Below, piece after piece: positions 9,886 to 23,862 of a stretch of 64,000 nt of DNA; within the stretch, counting starts at the first letter, position 1, and each line of letters opens with the position of its first letter. The DNA is taken from the NCBI GenBank assembly GCA_010093605.1, contig MU004181.1, positions 1,426,001 through 1,490,000 of the forward strand, given 5' to 3'. This DNA is from Lophium mytilinum (lineage: Eukaryota). The notes below the pieces were generated by a model. The model saw only the letters and a program-made list of their open reading frames with translations, did not search any database and had not been told where the DNA came from. The position numbers were made by a program, and so were the translations under genes.

Positions 9886-12800
9886 GGAGTCTGGACAACT
9901 GATTTGAGATTCCGGCGCCCACGCTGGTCCCGCTGCCAATTGTCACCAGATGGCGTTGTCTTTCATCGGGTAGGAAGAAGGCTGATCTCGCCGAAATGAG
10001 CCAGTAGTGGAGAGCTAGAGGGTTTTGAGATTTCAGATCGTGAGAGCGGGGTCATATGTCGATTGGCTCCCTCTGCACATGAGCGGTGGAGAATGTTCAT
10101 GGTTCAATAGCCGGGAAGGGCCTGAGACACCGCACACGATTATCTGGGCATTCGCAGGCTCTCGTTGCGTCCCGCGAGTTCGAAGACGGTACACAGCAGG
10201 ATGGAGGAGAGCTCGCGTTAGAGGGGTTGCATAGCAAGGGTCAGCGAAGGCTTCCGTATTCACATACATATCGAGGAGAGTGGTGGCGACAGAGCTTGAC
10301 AAAAAGCAATTGCAGAAGTTGAGATCGGAGACAGACAGCCGGGCACCTCCTGTGGAATTGCATGGCAACCACGGGCGGGTTGGCTGGCAGCGGCGCATCC
10401 GCAGCTGCGACTGGGAACCAGCATCGTGAGTGGACAACTGGACAAAGTGAGCAGCGTTGATTCGAGGGCTGCAATGTCAGCGATCTCAGCGGTTGGAGCG
10501 AACGTTGCAGCGACGGCGGGCCAACAGCAAGCAGCGCAGACGCTTTCCGAAATGGTGTCGAGGGCGCCGATCCGATTCGACCACCGTGAGATCTAACGAC
10601 AACGGCCGATGCTCGATGCTGCACTGGGCGGCTTCTAGTAGCGCCGGCGAGTCAGAGGCCGCATCTGCTCTGCGTCTGCTCGACGGCTGGGCTGCCCTCT
10701 CGATGCTGGAGCTGCATGTCTGTCATCCGTGCTGTCCTCTTGTGATAGCTCTGCATGTTGTCAGCCGTCGTGGTCTACTTCGTGCTATTGGAAGGCTCTG
10801 CTGGGCGAAGGTGAGTCGCATCCTTGATTGTGGCAATCGACGGGTGGAGTTCGGGCGCAACAGAACCTTGCAGGCGGAATATAGGTCATGGATGGCACTG
10901 TGGTGATTCTCAGAGCAGCGCAGCGATGTATCGATGTGCCGCCAGAGGCCGCAGAGAGGACACAGGCAATCTCCCAACGACAACGTCACCGCTGTCACGC
11001 ACCGGCGGGGAAGCAAAAGACAGCTGTTCCCGGTGGGCGGCGCGATCGACGGCGTGAGGCGCAGAAGCAAGCAAGTGTTGTGGGTGGTTGTGGAGGAGGT
11101 GGTGGTGGAGCTGGTGGGCCTGGTGGAGGTCGGCGAGATCAGAAAGGGGCTCCTCTCCGCGATGGTGAAGCCGATAGCACGATCTGCAGCCGGGCGCCGA
11201 CCATCAGGGCGGCCGGCGTGGCGTGTGATTGGCAGCACGGCCCTGTCTCATCAGAATCAAGCCCTCTCGTTAATCTTGAAAATGCCGTAGATCTTGGGCC
11301 TTCCCGTCCCTGGAATTGGCTGCCACTCGTCCAAACACCGTTTTGCTTTTTACTCGGCGCCCCATCAGGCCCATCAACGCCCTACGGTGCTTTCCGCAGC
11401 CCTCACCACGACACGGCGAACGCGGACAAGACCATGCGGACATGCCTGCGTCTCCCCTGACTCCTGACCGAGTACGTACCGCGGTGCTGGGCTGGCCGAG
11501 TTGGGCCAAAGGCGTCCCGGAAGAGGACAGGCTCGCTGGCCCTCGCTGCTGGAGATTGCCGGCCAGCAGAATCGGTAGATCGCTGCGCTCCGTGTGGTGG
11601 CCGATGAGCCCACCAGGCGGCCCGAGACCAGCAGAAGGAACAAGACGCTGCCCCGCAAGACAAACCCAACATTGCCTTTCGTGCACCCTGCCATGTCAGC
11701 AAATCTGCCCTCTAACCGCCATGCCTTTTGTGCCACGCTCAAAACTCTCGTTTCCTGCCTTCCGGGTCCAGCCGCTCGTCCTGCCGGCCGCTCGCCCTCC
11801 CTTCGAGTCGGGACGGGGCATGCAAGATAGAGTTCACCCGCGTCGTGACAACACGGCGCTGCAAGGGCTGTCCTTGCAGCCATTAGGATGCTTTCCCTAG
11901 CACCGGGTCCTGCCTCCCGCGCCAATCCCCTCTACGCGCCGGCGAGGGTGTCCTGGTCAGGCCAATATCAGGTTGCCGCAAGGGAATCTAATGGGTGAGT
12001 ATTTAGCACACGCTGCAGAGGCGTCGCCGCTGACCGTGGGCCGTACTCTGGGCGCACCAGACCGTGACATGCACGGGGTGTTCGCTGCTTCGGGTCCATC
12101 TTCACGCTGCCCGTGACATGCTGGTGCCGGTCTGGCAAGGCCTGGTGAGATCATGGCCGCGCTCAGCGTCACCCTCACGGCCACAGCCTGCGTCTGCTCG
12201 TATCCGTGGCTGAGGGGCAGATGGTTTGGGACGGTGGAGGACCCGGCGAGCAGGAAAAGCATTGCGAAACAGTGGATCCGGGGTGCTCCCGCGGCCGTGT
12301 GCGACCAGGCCCAGGATTTCATCTATCCCAGCCAAACACCAGCTCGTCGTGCAGACTCCCGGTCCGTTTGGGCGGCGTGAGTCCTGAGCAACCGGCTGCG
12401 TCCCGAGCGCTGGAGGCCGTCGCCCTGTTCCAGAGCTTCATTTTGCTCAGACACGTAGATGGCACAGCAGGAGCCACAGAGGTCTTGTCGGGTCGCCGTT
12501 TGTCCCAGCACTCGGGAATGTGCAGCATGGAGGCCACGGAGCGTGTCTGCGGTGCTCCCCTCATGTTCCAGCAGACTGCTGACATGCAGCGGCGGTATCC
12601 AAGCGACTCGCTCCCTCGCAGTTCACCTCGCACGCCGCGCTAGACCCGGCGCTGGCGGTTGGTGATGACGAGCCGGCGGTTGCACAGGTCGGCGAGGTGA
12701 AAGAAACCAATTTCGCGCTGCTAGGGAGCCCTGGGTGCATCCTGGCCTCCCCCACGGGAGCTTGCGTGCATCAGACAGGCCTCCGAATCAGACGGGCCTC

Positions 12801-15800
12801 AGTCAGAAGAAGGCCATGGCATGGTGCGGCCAGCAGTGGGTCCGCGGCCATGGATAGACAAGAGCAATCTATACCGCGCCTCAACGAGGCTTCAACGTGA
12901 AATAGAGTTTGTACGGCCACGGTCCGCCAGGTCTCTTGAGTCGTGCCACCACTCGCAGGGTCGTGGTGCATGCAGCAGGGCATGCCAAGGCCCAGACATC
13001 ACGCCCCTCTCACCTGCACTGGGGGCAGCAGACGCCTCCGGGCCAGATCGGGCCGCGACATGTGGTACGTAGGGAGCAGCGATGCGCGCCATGTCTGGCG
13101 ATGCGGGTGCCGTTGTGCTGGCGGCGGGTGTGGGGACGCTTTGGGCGAGAGAGAGGCGGGCCGATGCTCGCGCTGCAGGCGGATGCTTTCGGTCTCAGGC
13201 TGGCTCGCTGGCTCGCTAGCGGTCCATCTACACAATCAATCCAGAGTCAACGGCCTGGCGGCTGGGTCTGATGCTGCAGAGGGCTGACTCGGGATTGGTG
13301 CTTGTCGCGATGGCGTTGCGGTTCCTTGCTCGTTAAACGGCGTCGCGCACTGCTGGAACGCGCTAGGCTCCTTGCGGGGATTTCTGGCGAGGCTCCACTC
13401 CACCTCCTTCACCACCATCCACCACTCACCTCACCTAGTGCCACACGCCGCTCAGCCCGCCGTCTCTCGTGCCTCTCACACCCTGGAGTGCCCAGCACCA
13501 CTTGGAGGCTGCCCCAGCGGGCCACCTGCCACTTGCCAGCCCGCCGGAATCCGTCCAACCCCAGATCTATCTCAGCCACAGGCGCACCGCGCGCGCAACC
13601 ACGCTTCGGGGTCGCCGCGACCTTGCGTCTTGCTCCCGACAACCTAGACGGCTCCTTTTGCCTGATTTCTATCCCCGTCGCGCGTGGGGGAGGCGTGTTG
13701 GCCAGGGGCAGAGCTTGCATCAGGCCACCAGCAGCAGCAGCTTGCTATTTTTGCGCCAGAGGGCAGCAGGCAGGAAGGAAAAGCAGGACTCAGGATGAGC
13801 CTGGCAAGAGCTGGATGCTGGAGGATGGACGCCATGACGATATCGCCGCGGAGGCGACGATCCTGCCTCGTGGAGGGTGGACCTCAGCAGCGGAGATATG
13901 GCAGCGTCTCCGTGGTTCGCGATCGCAGCAGCCTCCAAGGATCGATGGCATCGCGCTCGGCTACCGCTGTCACGCTCGCGGCTGGGCAGCACGGCTGGCT
14001 GCGTTGTGGGCCTGTGAGCCGGGCTGTCTGGGAGAGACGTCAGGTCGTCAACGTCGCTCTCGCTGGTGCTTCCGCTCCACGCGCCATCTTTCCGGGAGCA
14101 GAAATGCATTAGACATGCCAAGCGGGCCAATCACGCGGCCCGCAGCGAATTCCAAATCACAGTTCTCGGCCCAACGTCGGCTCCCCCTCGCGGCCAGCCG
14201 TTCGCCTGGCCCTGTCCACTGGCACTCGAGGCATCCGCTTCGGGACACACGCGTTACCGAGCGTGGCCGAGCTGCCTCGCTTTTGGACGCTTGGCACTCG
14301 TCCACTGCAGAGCCGAACTGGACCGCGCCGCTGTCCCGGGATGCCGGTGCTGTTTTGCTTCCGGGCGCCAGTCCCGTCCAACGGCTGTCTGCGCGAACAA
14401 CCTCACGCTGCATCTTGGTCCACCTCTGTTTGGTTGCCACCCTACGGGCACCGCTCCCTCAGCACCCGTTGGTTCATTTGCACGCCGTCGCCTGCTCTGT
14501 CTGCGGCGTGAGGCCTGATTCGCACGCCCCAGTCATCAGCGATCCGGCGCTTGTCACGGCGATCAGAATCTGCGCTCGGTTCAAAAGCAAGTCTTTGCGC
14601 GGCGTTTGATCGCCCACCCGTTGCCCTGCTGGATCAGACCGACGCCCGCACTCAACGTTCTCTGGTCGGCCACGGGTGATCGCCTCGCGACGTCCATCGT
14701 CGCCTCATCGCGCAGCACGACGCTTGCTTCCAGGACACGAGGGCGCAAGACGGCGACATGGCGGCGGCGGTGCAGCCTTTTCCGCGCAGCTGTCAGAGCA
14801 GCAGTCTGCATGCCTCAATCAATGTGAAATGCTGGGCCGGTTGGCACGCGCACCAGCGCGTTTCCGACGTCTCGCAGCGCAGATTCCGCGTCCCACGAAA
14901 CGATCCCAGGTGCCACCAGGTCCGGGGAGGCTCGTCCCCTCGGCGCCCCCTCGAGCCTGGCTGCTGGACGGGCCAGGTGCTCGCCCTCATTCCTCCCCAG
15001 CTGGCTTTATTGCGTGCATGCCCCATCGAGGGCGAGTTCCCGGCCGACGAGGGTGACGACGAGGGTCACGATGTTGGCGGCAGGGAGTGCCTCATCCTGG
15101 ACGCGCTGAGGCCATGCCTCTGGCCACGATGATGGCGCCGCGGGCTGGCTGAGTGCGACAGGCATCGACAGGTGCGCGCGGCCAGAGGGACCTCGTGTGG
15201 GGGGATGTGACAGTCATGATCAATCTCATCAGGCCGTGAATCGCCCGCTAGAGGCGCCGGGCAGATCAAGGCTGCGCGCACTCCCTTTGCGAACCCAGCG
15301 GCGGCCAAGGGCGCTGAACGGCCTTACTAGGCGCATGGATCCCTGGCAGCGTGGCCATGCAGGCGCAGACGGCGATAGGACGCGGCGTTGCAAGGAGAAC
15401 CGCTTCACCACCCCCAGCGGACGGCCACAGGAGGCCACGGTCTGGCGGAGCATGTCTCTGAGCTTCGCGTAGCTCTGCAATTGCTGGCCATAGCAATTCT
15501 AGCAGCTGTGTCACGGTACCAGGCAGACCCAGCGGAGTCCATACCGCGCGATATGCACTACCCTGGGGCGCATCCTTCACCCGACGATCTGGTTACATAC
15601 ATTCAGGCAGGCCGTCGCCCAAAGCGGCGTAAGGACCAGATACAATTAGTCGCGCGGTCGCCGCAGCCTTTCCCTATCTGCGTCTCGCCCACCCCTCCCT
15701 GGATCGCCCAGGCCGCTCGCATCCCGAAGCGTGCCAGCGTGAGCAAGGCTGGCTGTACCGCCTGCCAGCAACGTCAACCGCCCCAGCAGCCCGCGCCCAT

Positions 15801-16094
15801 GCCACCCGAGCAGTCCCAGCACCTAACAAGCCCTAGCCGCATCGCAGACACTGAGATGCCCCCAGCCCACAGGCAATAACTCCTCCAGACGCCTTGGCGT
15901 TGCCTGTGCACCACCGCACCCTCCTTCCCCGCTGCCAATATATACTCTCCGAGACCCACGGCCCATCTCGCTCACCGTTGGCCTCTGCCGCCCTGCTTCC
16001 CGTCCAGCCTCTTAACGCCTCGACCACCCTCACGTCCCTCACTCCTTCTCTCCACAATTGCCTCTGTTCTGTTCTGCATCTATCACTTGCCCAG

Positions 16095-16302
16095 GTATGT
16101 TGCCGTCACTTCCTCCTTGCACTGCTGTTCCCCGAGTCTCTACCTCCTAGCCAGAACGGGAGGACGCATCACATCGTAACCTTTGTTTCGTCGTTCGTTG
16201 CCGTCCGAGTCGTTCTGTTGACGATTGTGGGCATTGGCATCGGAGCATGGTCGTGGACATCTTACCTCGCCCTGGAACAAGTGAGCCTAACAAAGTCTGC
16301 AG
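16095..16302 (+). other. Predicted 5'-UTR intron of the Myb gene
   Basis: CAG|GTATGT donor at 16095, CTAAC branch at 16287-16291, TGCAG acceptor ending 16302. It removes the ORF-track ATG at 16247. Confidence 0.7.
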
Positions 16303-16462
16303 CGATTCACCACCATTCGACGATTTCTGGTGCCTTTTCTCTCCATATCGACATTCCAAGTCGTTCTCTCTAGAGACTGTTCCGCGTGTTGCGACTTTCT
16401 TGACATCGTTCCGTTTGGTCCCAACCTGTACTCCACTTCGCACCGTCTCCACATCGCCCACA

Positions 16463-17710
16463 ATGGTCAACCACCGACGCGGCCCTTGGTCGCAGCATGA
16501 AGACGCCTGGCTCGTTTCTCTCGTTCACCGCAACGGTCCGCACAACTGGGTGCGGATATCCCAGGAGATCCAGACCCGGTCGCCCAAGCAATGTCGCGAG
16601 CGCTTCCACCAGAACCTGAAGCCAACGCTAAACCACGAGCCAATCTCGCCAGAGGAAGGCGAGCTAATCGAGAGGCTGGTTCAAGAGATGGGCAAGAGGT
16701 GGGCCGAAATCGCACGACGCCTAAAGGGCCGAAGCGACAATGCCGTGAAGAACTGGTGGAACGGTGGGCAGAATCGAAGGAAGCGTAACCCTGATCGACT
16801 TGACGACGGCGCCCAAGGATCGCAGTCTGTGCAGAGCAGCTATTCTTACCACCCGCTATCACGATCCATGGATCGCCGCGAGGAACATCCTGGCCAGGTT
16901 GCTCATGCTTCCCTGCCACCACTGTTCAACAGGGAGATGCCAGAGTCCGCACGATACTACCCAGAAGCTCGACGGTCATCACTTAACCCTATTTCGCACA
17001 GCCCGCAAACACTCCAGCTACCACCTCCACAGAGTTTCGAGCCGTATTCTGGCATGAGCGCTTCGCGCCCGCACAACCTCGAGCTTCAATTCACTGGACC
17101 ATTTTCGGCTCATCGCAGATGGGAGACCCCCATGCCCTCGCCATCTGGCTACTCGGTCGTCTCAGCAGACGGCGCACCATCTCTGATCACCGACACTGGT
17201 TCAGAGTCCCGCTCTCCTCGAGGAGCAGCATCCCCACTGGAGTTGACGACTCTCGCCCCTCTTGTTGGTGGTCGCTCCGAGCGCAAGAACTCTAGCACCC
17301 GCTTCCTGCCTCAATCTGGCTTTGCTAATGATGACGATGACCACACGACAATTCAGATGCCGTACGACCCGTACAAGCGCCGGGCGTCAGTACAGCTTCC
17401 TCCTCTCCAGCCTCAATCAGCCGCACCCATCTTCAGGGAGCCCATCTACAGGACTGAGAAGCCGCAACTGCTCACCCAGCCTGCTCACCACCACCACTCT
17501 CTCCCATCAGGCCAGCAGCCTCTCCCCACCTTCCGTAGCTTGGCCGAGCCAGGGCGCGTACCAGACGTGCAGTCCACTAGCCCTCTTGCGAGGCAATTAC
17601 CCTCACCATACAATCTACCGCCTCCAGCGAAGGAGTCACGAAGCGCACCAGCGAGCCCCAGAGAGGGCAGCCGCGACCAACGCATGAACCTCTCGACTAT
17701 GCTTTCATGA
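16463..17710 (+). CDS. flbD: Two-repeat Myb transcription factor, FlbD/RCA-1 type
   Basis: MVNHRRGPWSQHED...NWVRISQ...RSPKQCRERFHQNLKP...KRWAEIARRL.GRSDNAVKNWWNG closely resembles Aspergillus FlbD as recalled. Disordered P/S-rich C-terminus. Confidence 0.88.
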   Translation: MVNHRRGPWSQHEDAWLVSLVHRNGPHNWVRISQEIQTRSPKQCRERFHQNLKPTLNHEPISPEEGELIERLVQEMGKRWAEIARRLKGRSDNAVKNWWNGGQNRRKRNPDRLDDGAQGSQSVQSSYSYHPLSRSMDRREEHPGQVAHASLPPLFNREMPESARYYPEARRSSLNPISHSPQTLQLPPPQSFEPYSGMSASRPHNLELQFTGPFSAHRRWETPMPSPSGYSVVSADGAPSLITDTGSESRSPRGAASPLELTTLAPLVGGRSERKNSSTRFLPQSGFANDDDDHTTIQMPYDPYKRRASVQLPPLQPQSAAPIFREPIYRTEKPQLLTQPAHHHHSLPSGQQPLPTFRSLAEPGRVPDVQSTSPLARQLPSPYNLPPPAKESRSAPASPREGSRDQRMNLSTMLS

Positions 17711-20700
17711 GACCAATTCTTGTATTATAGCACAGGCACATCACCAGCGATAGCATCATCATCTACTCCATCTACACTTCCTGTTTATGATTTGGGAAAT
17801 TCACTTAAGCAAGCGCAGCGAGCGTCTGGGCGATCTAGCGTCGTAGCTGCCTTTTCATCATTTGCTCTAAGCGATATAGTCTCATCATTTCCGTGGTTAG
17901 GGATAACCAATTCTCTTGTAATCCACCAAACCTAGCTTCCTCTTTCTCGCTTTCGTTATACCCCTAAAACTCCTCCTGTTTGACATTTCTTTCTTTGACC
18001 TTTTATTGTGGCCTGAAATTAGACGGGTTTATTTGGGTTTCGCGAGGGACGGACTGGATATGGGATTGGATTGGCTTGGACTGGCATATACCCCCTTAAT
18101 GTAGGACAAGACTTTCAAAATGACGCTCATCAAAGAACGGGAAACAACGGATTTGGATTTGGGGCGAGAATTATGGTTCTCCTGTTTCACTTGACGAGGC
18201 GTTTTGTGCGAGCATGGCTTATCTTCTTTTCTCATTGGCGTTTAGGAGGGCGGGCGGCGGGATGAAGGGAAGGGAGGGATGGTAGCCGGTGGGAATTACA
18301 ACGGCAACGGGCCGTTTGAATGGGCACTACTGAACCAAGTCCGATTCATGGATATGATTTTTCTCTACTACCCAGCCAACCAGCCAGCCAGTGGGTTTGG
18401 ATTGGTTCAAACTTAATGGAGGCGATTTTCGCCGCTACGACATACGAAACGCCCATCTATCTTCAAATCTCGTTATGAATTGCGTGTGATCTCTTGTGAA
18501 AGGGAGCGGTTGGCTACTCCGATGCAGCGATTCGAGCCGTCCCGCTGTCAAACACATTGGGAGAGCCCTACAGACGGCTCACACCTCTCACAAGGAACGG
18601 AACGGACAGCACTGGTGAAACTGCTGACCCCCCAACCGAGCCGTCCAAACTAAACCTTCTCCCGCAACGTACCGCAACCCACCTCTCCGGTCCGCTTCTG
18701 GCGCAGAAAACCACGTGTCGCAGAGGTTTCTGCGAAACGCACAACTGCTAGGCCAGGGGGCCAGACAAAGAGTAAAAGCGCCGCACCTTCCTACCTTGGT
18801 GCGATGCAGGCGCAGAGCCTTCTCGTGGGGGGCCGTAACGTACAATTTTTTTTCTCGGACGGTCGAGTCGAGTGTCTGTGTCTAAGGCAGGCAAGGCTGC
18901 AGGGGGCTGGTTGGCAAAAAGCGCTGAATCGCCGGTCTAATTCGATAGTTGGTGGTTGAGGGAAACACTATGAGACGGGGTGGAGCACCGAGTCGTGTGT
19001 GTGTTTTGGGCGGTGCTGACTTGCATGCATGCTAAACCGGTGGTGCCGTCCCGCTGAACGGCCCGTTGGGAGTGGTTGGCTGCGACGGGAATTTCAGGTT
19101 TGTCAAACAGTGCCGAAAATGGGCAGGCCAACGCGCAGGGGGGGCAGGTTGGAGGTTGGAAGCGGTAATGGGCGAGGAATCGTGGCGAGCTGAATAGCTG
19201 CTTTCTGTCGACGTACAAATGGGCCTTGTCGACCCTGCTTGGGGGGAAGTGGGTGGGTGACGAACGAACGAGGCGACGTAGAGAGCCGCACCGCAATGAC
19301 TGGGGGGTTCCGCCCGCGCGCGCCCCGCTGCGAGGCATGGGATGTGCTGTCCAGTTTCCGGGTTCTGCAAAGCGAACGAGGCGCGTCGTGCGTGCTTGCG
19401 AACCGGCGAGTCAGGTCACCGATACAGATCGCGGCCGGTGGTTCGGCGGATAGCACCGAGTGGATCGATGGATCGAGTCGACCAAGGTCACGTTGGCTGG
19501 CTGATGGCTGTCTAGAAGTGGAAATCCAAACTAACCGACGTCTTCAGGTCGCCGACCTGGGACGTTGATCAGATATGGTCACGGGCTGGCGTCTGGTCAT
19601 TGCTGGGTGATGCTTGACGTTGCCGATTGCTGATCTGAGATGGAAGCAGTTGTGAGATAAACGGGGGCAAGCGAGTGGGTGAGGGTGATGTGCGAATAAC
19701 GGGAAAAACGGCCGTTAGAGGGCCCCGTAGTGAGCCGTGTGCTGCGTCGTTAGTGAAGCATCCTAGGAGTAACTCCGGCCGCGGGGCCATTGTGGGAGCA
19801 CCTTTGGGGATTGCGTGGTGTGTTGGGAGAGTGTTGCTTCCCGCGTTCTCTCTCAGCGTCCACGGCATCCGCCTCTTGAGACGACTCCATGTCTTCTCGC
19901 TTCAGGCAGCGTTTTCCTACTCTAGACCAACCAGTACCATTCGGGCATGCAACGCCGCTCAGCAACGTGGCAAGATCTCTGCGTGCATCATCTGCAAACA
20001 TGCACTGAAGTCACACACAGTGCGGCGGCGCACCACACGGCATCGTCGCCGGCCGCCCCTTTTGCCCATCAAGTGGGCTCTACCGAATAACGTTGCCCGC
20101 TACGATCCGCTCCGGCGTGCCAGCTCATGCACGTCGTTTGGAGGCCAACCACGGTTTGGCATCGCAGCGTCCTGCGTTGGAACGGCAGCCAGTCTGCAGG
20201 ACCAAGGGGCCGAGTCACGTCACAGAGTTACGATGCTGCACGAAGTGGTCGGCCGAGGCTTTGGTGGGTTGGGCGATGAGCCGTGGTTCTGGTCCAGCTG
20301 AGTTGGCGAGCAGGCTGACCGATGGTTGGCGGCGGCGGCATCGTCAGGAGATGAGTGGTCCACCGTGACAGTGCAGAGAGACGATCGTCGTTTATACTCC
20401 TCGCTTAGCAGCGCACGTGACATTCAAACTGGGCACTCTATACCCTGACGATTTTGAGTCCACAAGCCCAAGTCATGCAACGATAGAAGCATTGAACGCT
20501 ATGACTAGCGTCTACTGCATTGAAGAAGCGTTCATGATATCGGCTCAATGGGTAGCTAAATTCTGACTATGATTAGTGAACTCCTGATATCTATTCCCTT
20601 ACTACTATTTCCCGTGTACCTCAGTATTCCTCAAAAAATCTACTATGTACGTATACCAAATCATGATCGATTTGAACAACCCATAAGGAGATTAGCCACC

Positions 20701-20957
20701 GCAGACAATGCTATCCTACAAAGTCCGAAGTGTAAGTGAACGCCAAGACTGGGTAGAGCACGTGCCTTTGAACTGCCAGTCTTCACCGCCTTCCAACTTC
20801 ACCTCTCCAGCGTCTTTCACATTGGTCAAAGCATCATCCTGGCCGTCAGCACACCGACGCAGCGCATCAAAAATGGGCCAGAAGTTGCCAAAACGGTCGT
20901 ACATATGACCAACTACTACTCTTTAAGGTCTTTTCGCGTGTTTGACAGCTCTTCACG

Positions 20958-23423
20958 ATGACCTCACCCTACCCGTACGATCCGGACCCGCAGGCTGTGA
21001 TCGTTGCTCCATGGAGCGTTGCGTTTCGAGTAGGTGGCATAACTTCTTATTCAATTTCTTTTTCATACGGTCTCGTGTTATTTCATCGCCTTTTGATACA
21101 GTGCCTTGCTATAGATATTCGTACACTTTCCTGCCATTGTTCGAGGGGCTCCGATGTACTCTTAGAAACTGTGGACAGTGGATACACTATCATTCTCATC
21201 CCTTGTTCGGAATGCTGAAGATGCAATGAGGCTCCTCAAGCAGTAGTAAGCGAGTGTACGAATCTCTATGAAAAGTCATTGTATATCTAAACACGATTGT
21301 ATTTCATAATCTATAACATGAAGCGTACTCGCCAAGCCACCTCAGACGACGGTAGAAAATTGTATACAGACTAAGGCACGGTGTTGATCATTCTACCCAG
21401 GCACAGCGAGACGTCGGCTTGAAAGTCCCTATCAATTATGTCACCGTACCTGCAGTTTCCCTCAAAGCTGCCTGCTTCTCTCACAACCAATACGAGGACT
21501 CAGCCGCTCAAAAGTGCTTTTCGAACCTACTATCTATAGGCTTCAAACGATTCATGATAGATGTGTATTGGGATACCGGCCGTTCCCAGTGGAGCCTTTG
21601 TCCGGCTGAGATACCTGAATCTGCCTCTCCGTCCGATGATTCGACCAGTATCAGTATCGTCCAGTCAACCTCGTTTCAGTCTCTCATGACTGCTCCGATC
21701 AGTCTCAGAGATGGAACTTTGGCGTCTGATGTAACACCAACATCTTCCGGTCCAGGTGAAGGCCTCTCGCTATCTAAGAGGCAGATCTTCTCTGCTTCCT
21801 CCTACAGCTCCTCTCCGGTAGCTAGGGCCGACTCAACAACAGCTTCAGTTCCTGCTTTAAGCTCCACCAGCTCGAGCAGTAGATCCACGACATCTAGTGT
21901 GGCAGCTACGTCCACCGAATACCCCGTATGTGAAACCCGAATACACTCCTAATTTTGCCTATACTTGACGAGTCAATGCACGTTTGCGAACATCTACTAA
22001 TTCAATCTACCCAAAGACTGCTGGCGAGCCACTTGTGCAGATTGGGCCGTACAACTGTACTTCAACTCTAGGCCTCCAATTTCTAGCCAGTATTCTGTCC
22101 GATTATCTAAAAGATACCTCAACTACCATTAGTGCGAGTCTGACGTATCTTGTGCTCAATATACATGTAGCCGCACCATATTCCTCTCCCACTTCGCCAG
22201 CCATCCAACCCGATTCCTCAGCTCTGCCACAAGATGAGAACTTTCTCGGTCATCTACTCAGCTCCAATCTGTCTTCGTACTTGTACACGCCTACCATGCT
22301 TCGTTCGCAGCGAGAAAATCTCAACGAGAGCTGGCACCTTGACCAACCTAATCTGCCAGCTGCGGGATATTACAATACGAGCACCAGCGGCAACGGCATT
22401 CCCTCGACAGAAAATGGATGGCCTACGGAAACCTACATGGAGTTCAAAAACTATTTACGCCTCGTCATCAGTTTAGGCGCTGTGGACCCTCAGATGGCGT
22501 CTTACGATTTCACGAATGACGCGGACACGATATTCCCTCTTGATGAGATAGTTTCGATGAAAGATGTGTCGATCAGCACATCATCCGGCTCTGTGACTGC
22601 TGGTTGCCTCTTCAACCCTAACATCACCACCGTAACCTCAGAGACCAACTCGTCGTGGGCAATGTTTCCGGCTTCCAGCCTGCCAAATTTGGCCTCAAAT
22701 CCTAACGCTACGATACCAATTCCTATAATCACTAATCTCACATCATGTGGAATATCTCCATTATTGAACGTCAGCCTCTCGAATACAACCGCGGACACCA
22801 ACCCAATAGCGTACCTCTCATTCGCCCACTCGACTCTATGGAGTTGGGCTCCTGGTTCACCAAATAATAGTACTCTCATCGACGACGACCCCAACAACGA
22901 TCTACGTTGTGCTGCTCTTTACGGTGATTCCAACGGCCGTTGGCGCGCAGTAGAGTGCACATCTAGCCACCGTGTGGCCTGTCGCGGATCCACGCCCTAC
23001 ACCTGGAGTATCACCCCCGACCTCTTTGTCTACGCCGAGGCGCACCAAGCCTGCCCTGATGGTACCAAGTTTTCAACGCCGCGTACCGGCCTCGAAAACG
23101 CCTACCTTTACACCACAGCCCTCGCATCCGCAACTACAGGATCATCCGACCCTGGGGACCCCCCAATCATATATCTCGATCTCAACAGTCTTGATTATGC
23201 CGATTGCTGGGTTATGGGAGCTAATAGTACTTGTCCGTACAAAAACGCGGACAATACAAACCATACGAAGATTGTAGTAGTTCCGACGGTGGCAACTGTT
23301 ATTGTATTTGTTCTGGCTGTGGCGACGTTCTTCGTCAAGTGCGCCTCGAATCGAAGAGATTTGCGAAGAGGGAAGAGGAGGAGGAATATGGCTGGATGGG
23401 ATTACGAGGGCGTGCCGAGCTAG
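20958..23423 (+). CDS. MTC6: MTC6-like membrane protein with Cys-containing lectin-like C-terminal region; exons 20958-21029, 21401-21925, 22017-23423
   Basis: Spliced N-terminus ...WSVAFR|AQRDVGLKVPINYVT.PAVSL.AACF, then GFKRFMIDVYWD, WSWAPG.P, CP....FS.PRTGLEN, a TM helix and a GWDYEGVPS end. Confidence 0.75.
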
Positions 23424-23862
23424 GTTGGCATTGTGTTGTAAGCTAGGAACGACGTCTTATGCTTCACGTAAACTATTGTATAATTATCGATGTTTCCAAT
23501 ACATTCCTTTGTCGCCGTTTTGGATATACAATATCGAAAGGCGCACATTTACGAGACATGAAGAGGAAGTCTGCCGTCTCAGAGGAGTTCGAAATATCAA
23601 AAACATCTTAGAAGGCAAAAGTCTGAGGCACCTTTCCAAAGCCATATCGAGGGACGAGCTCATGCGCTTATTAGGCGATCAATAGACTCCTTAGACGTCC
23701 AATTCACGCGTCCACAGACTATCACGCATCTGATCTCATTGGAGCGCCACAAATTGTTTGCTGTTCACCGTCTGGACCGAGGGGGAAATTCTGGCAGCCT
23801 GGCAAGAACTCCAATCCTCCCGTCCTCCTAATCATCTATTTCTGCAATACATCCTCATCTCT

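Noticed and set aside
13302..14609. 435-aa ORF and many overlapping ORFs at 10-16 kb
   Set aside because: Non-ATG start, Arg/Ala/Pro-rich, no domain or codon bias; typical GC-rich shadow ORFs.
20958..23423. MTC6 ('telomere capping') gene near the TER candidate as a functional cluster
   Set aside because: The name derives from a yeast genetic screen and the product is a membrane protein; proximity is probably coincidental.
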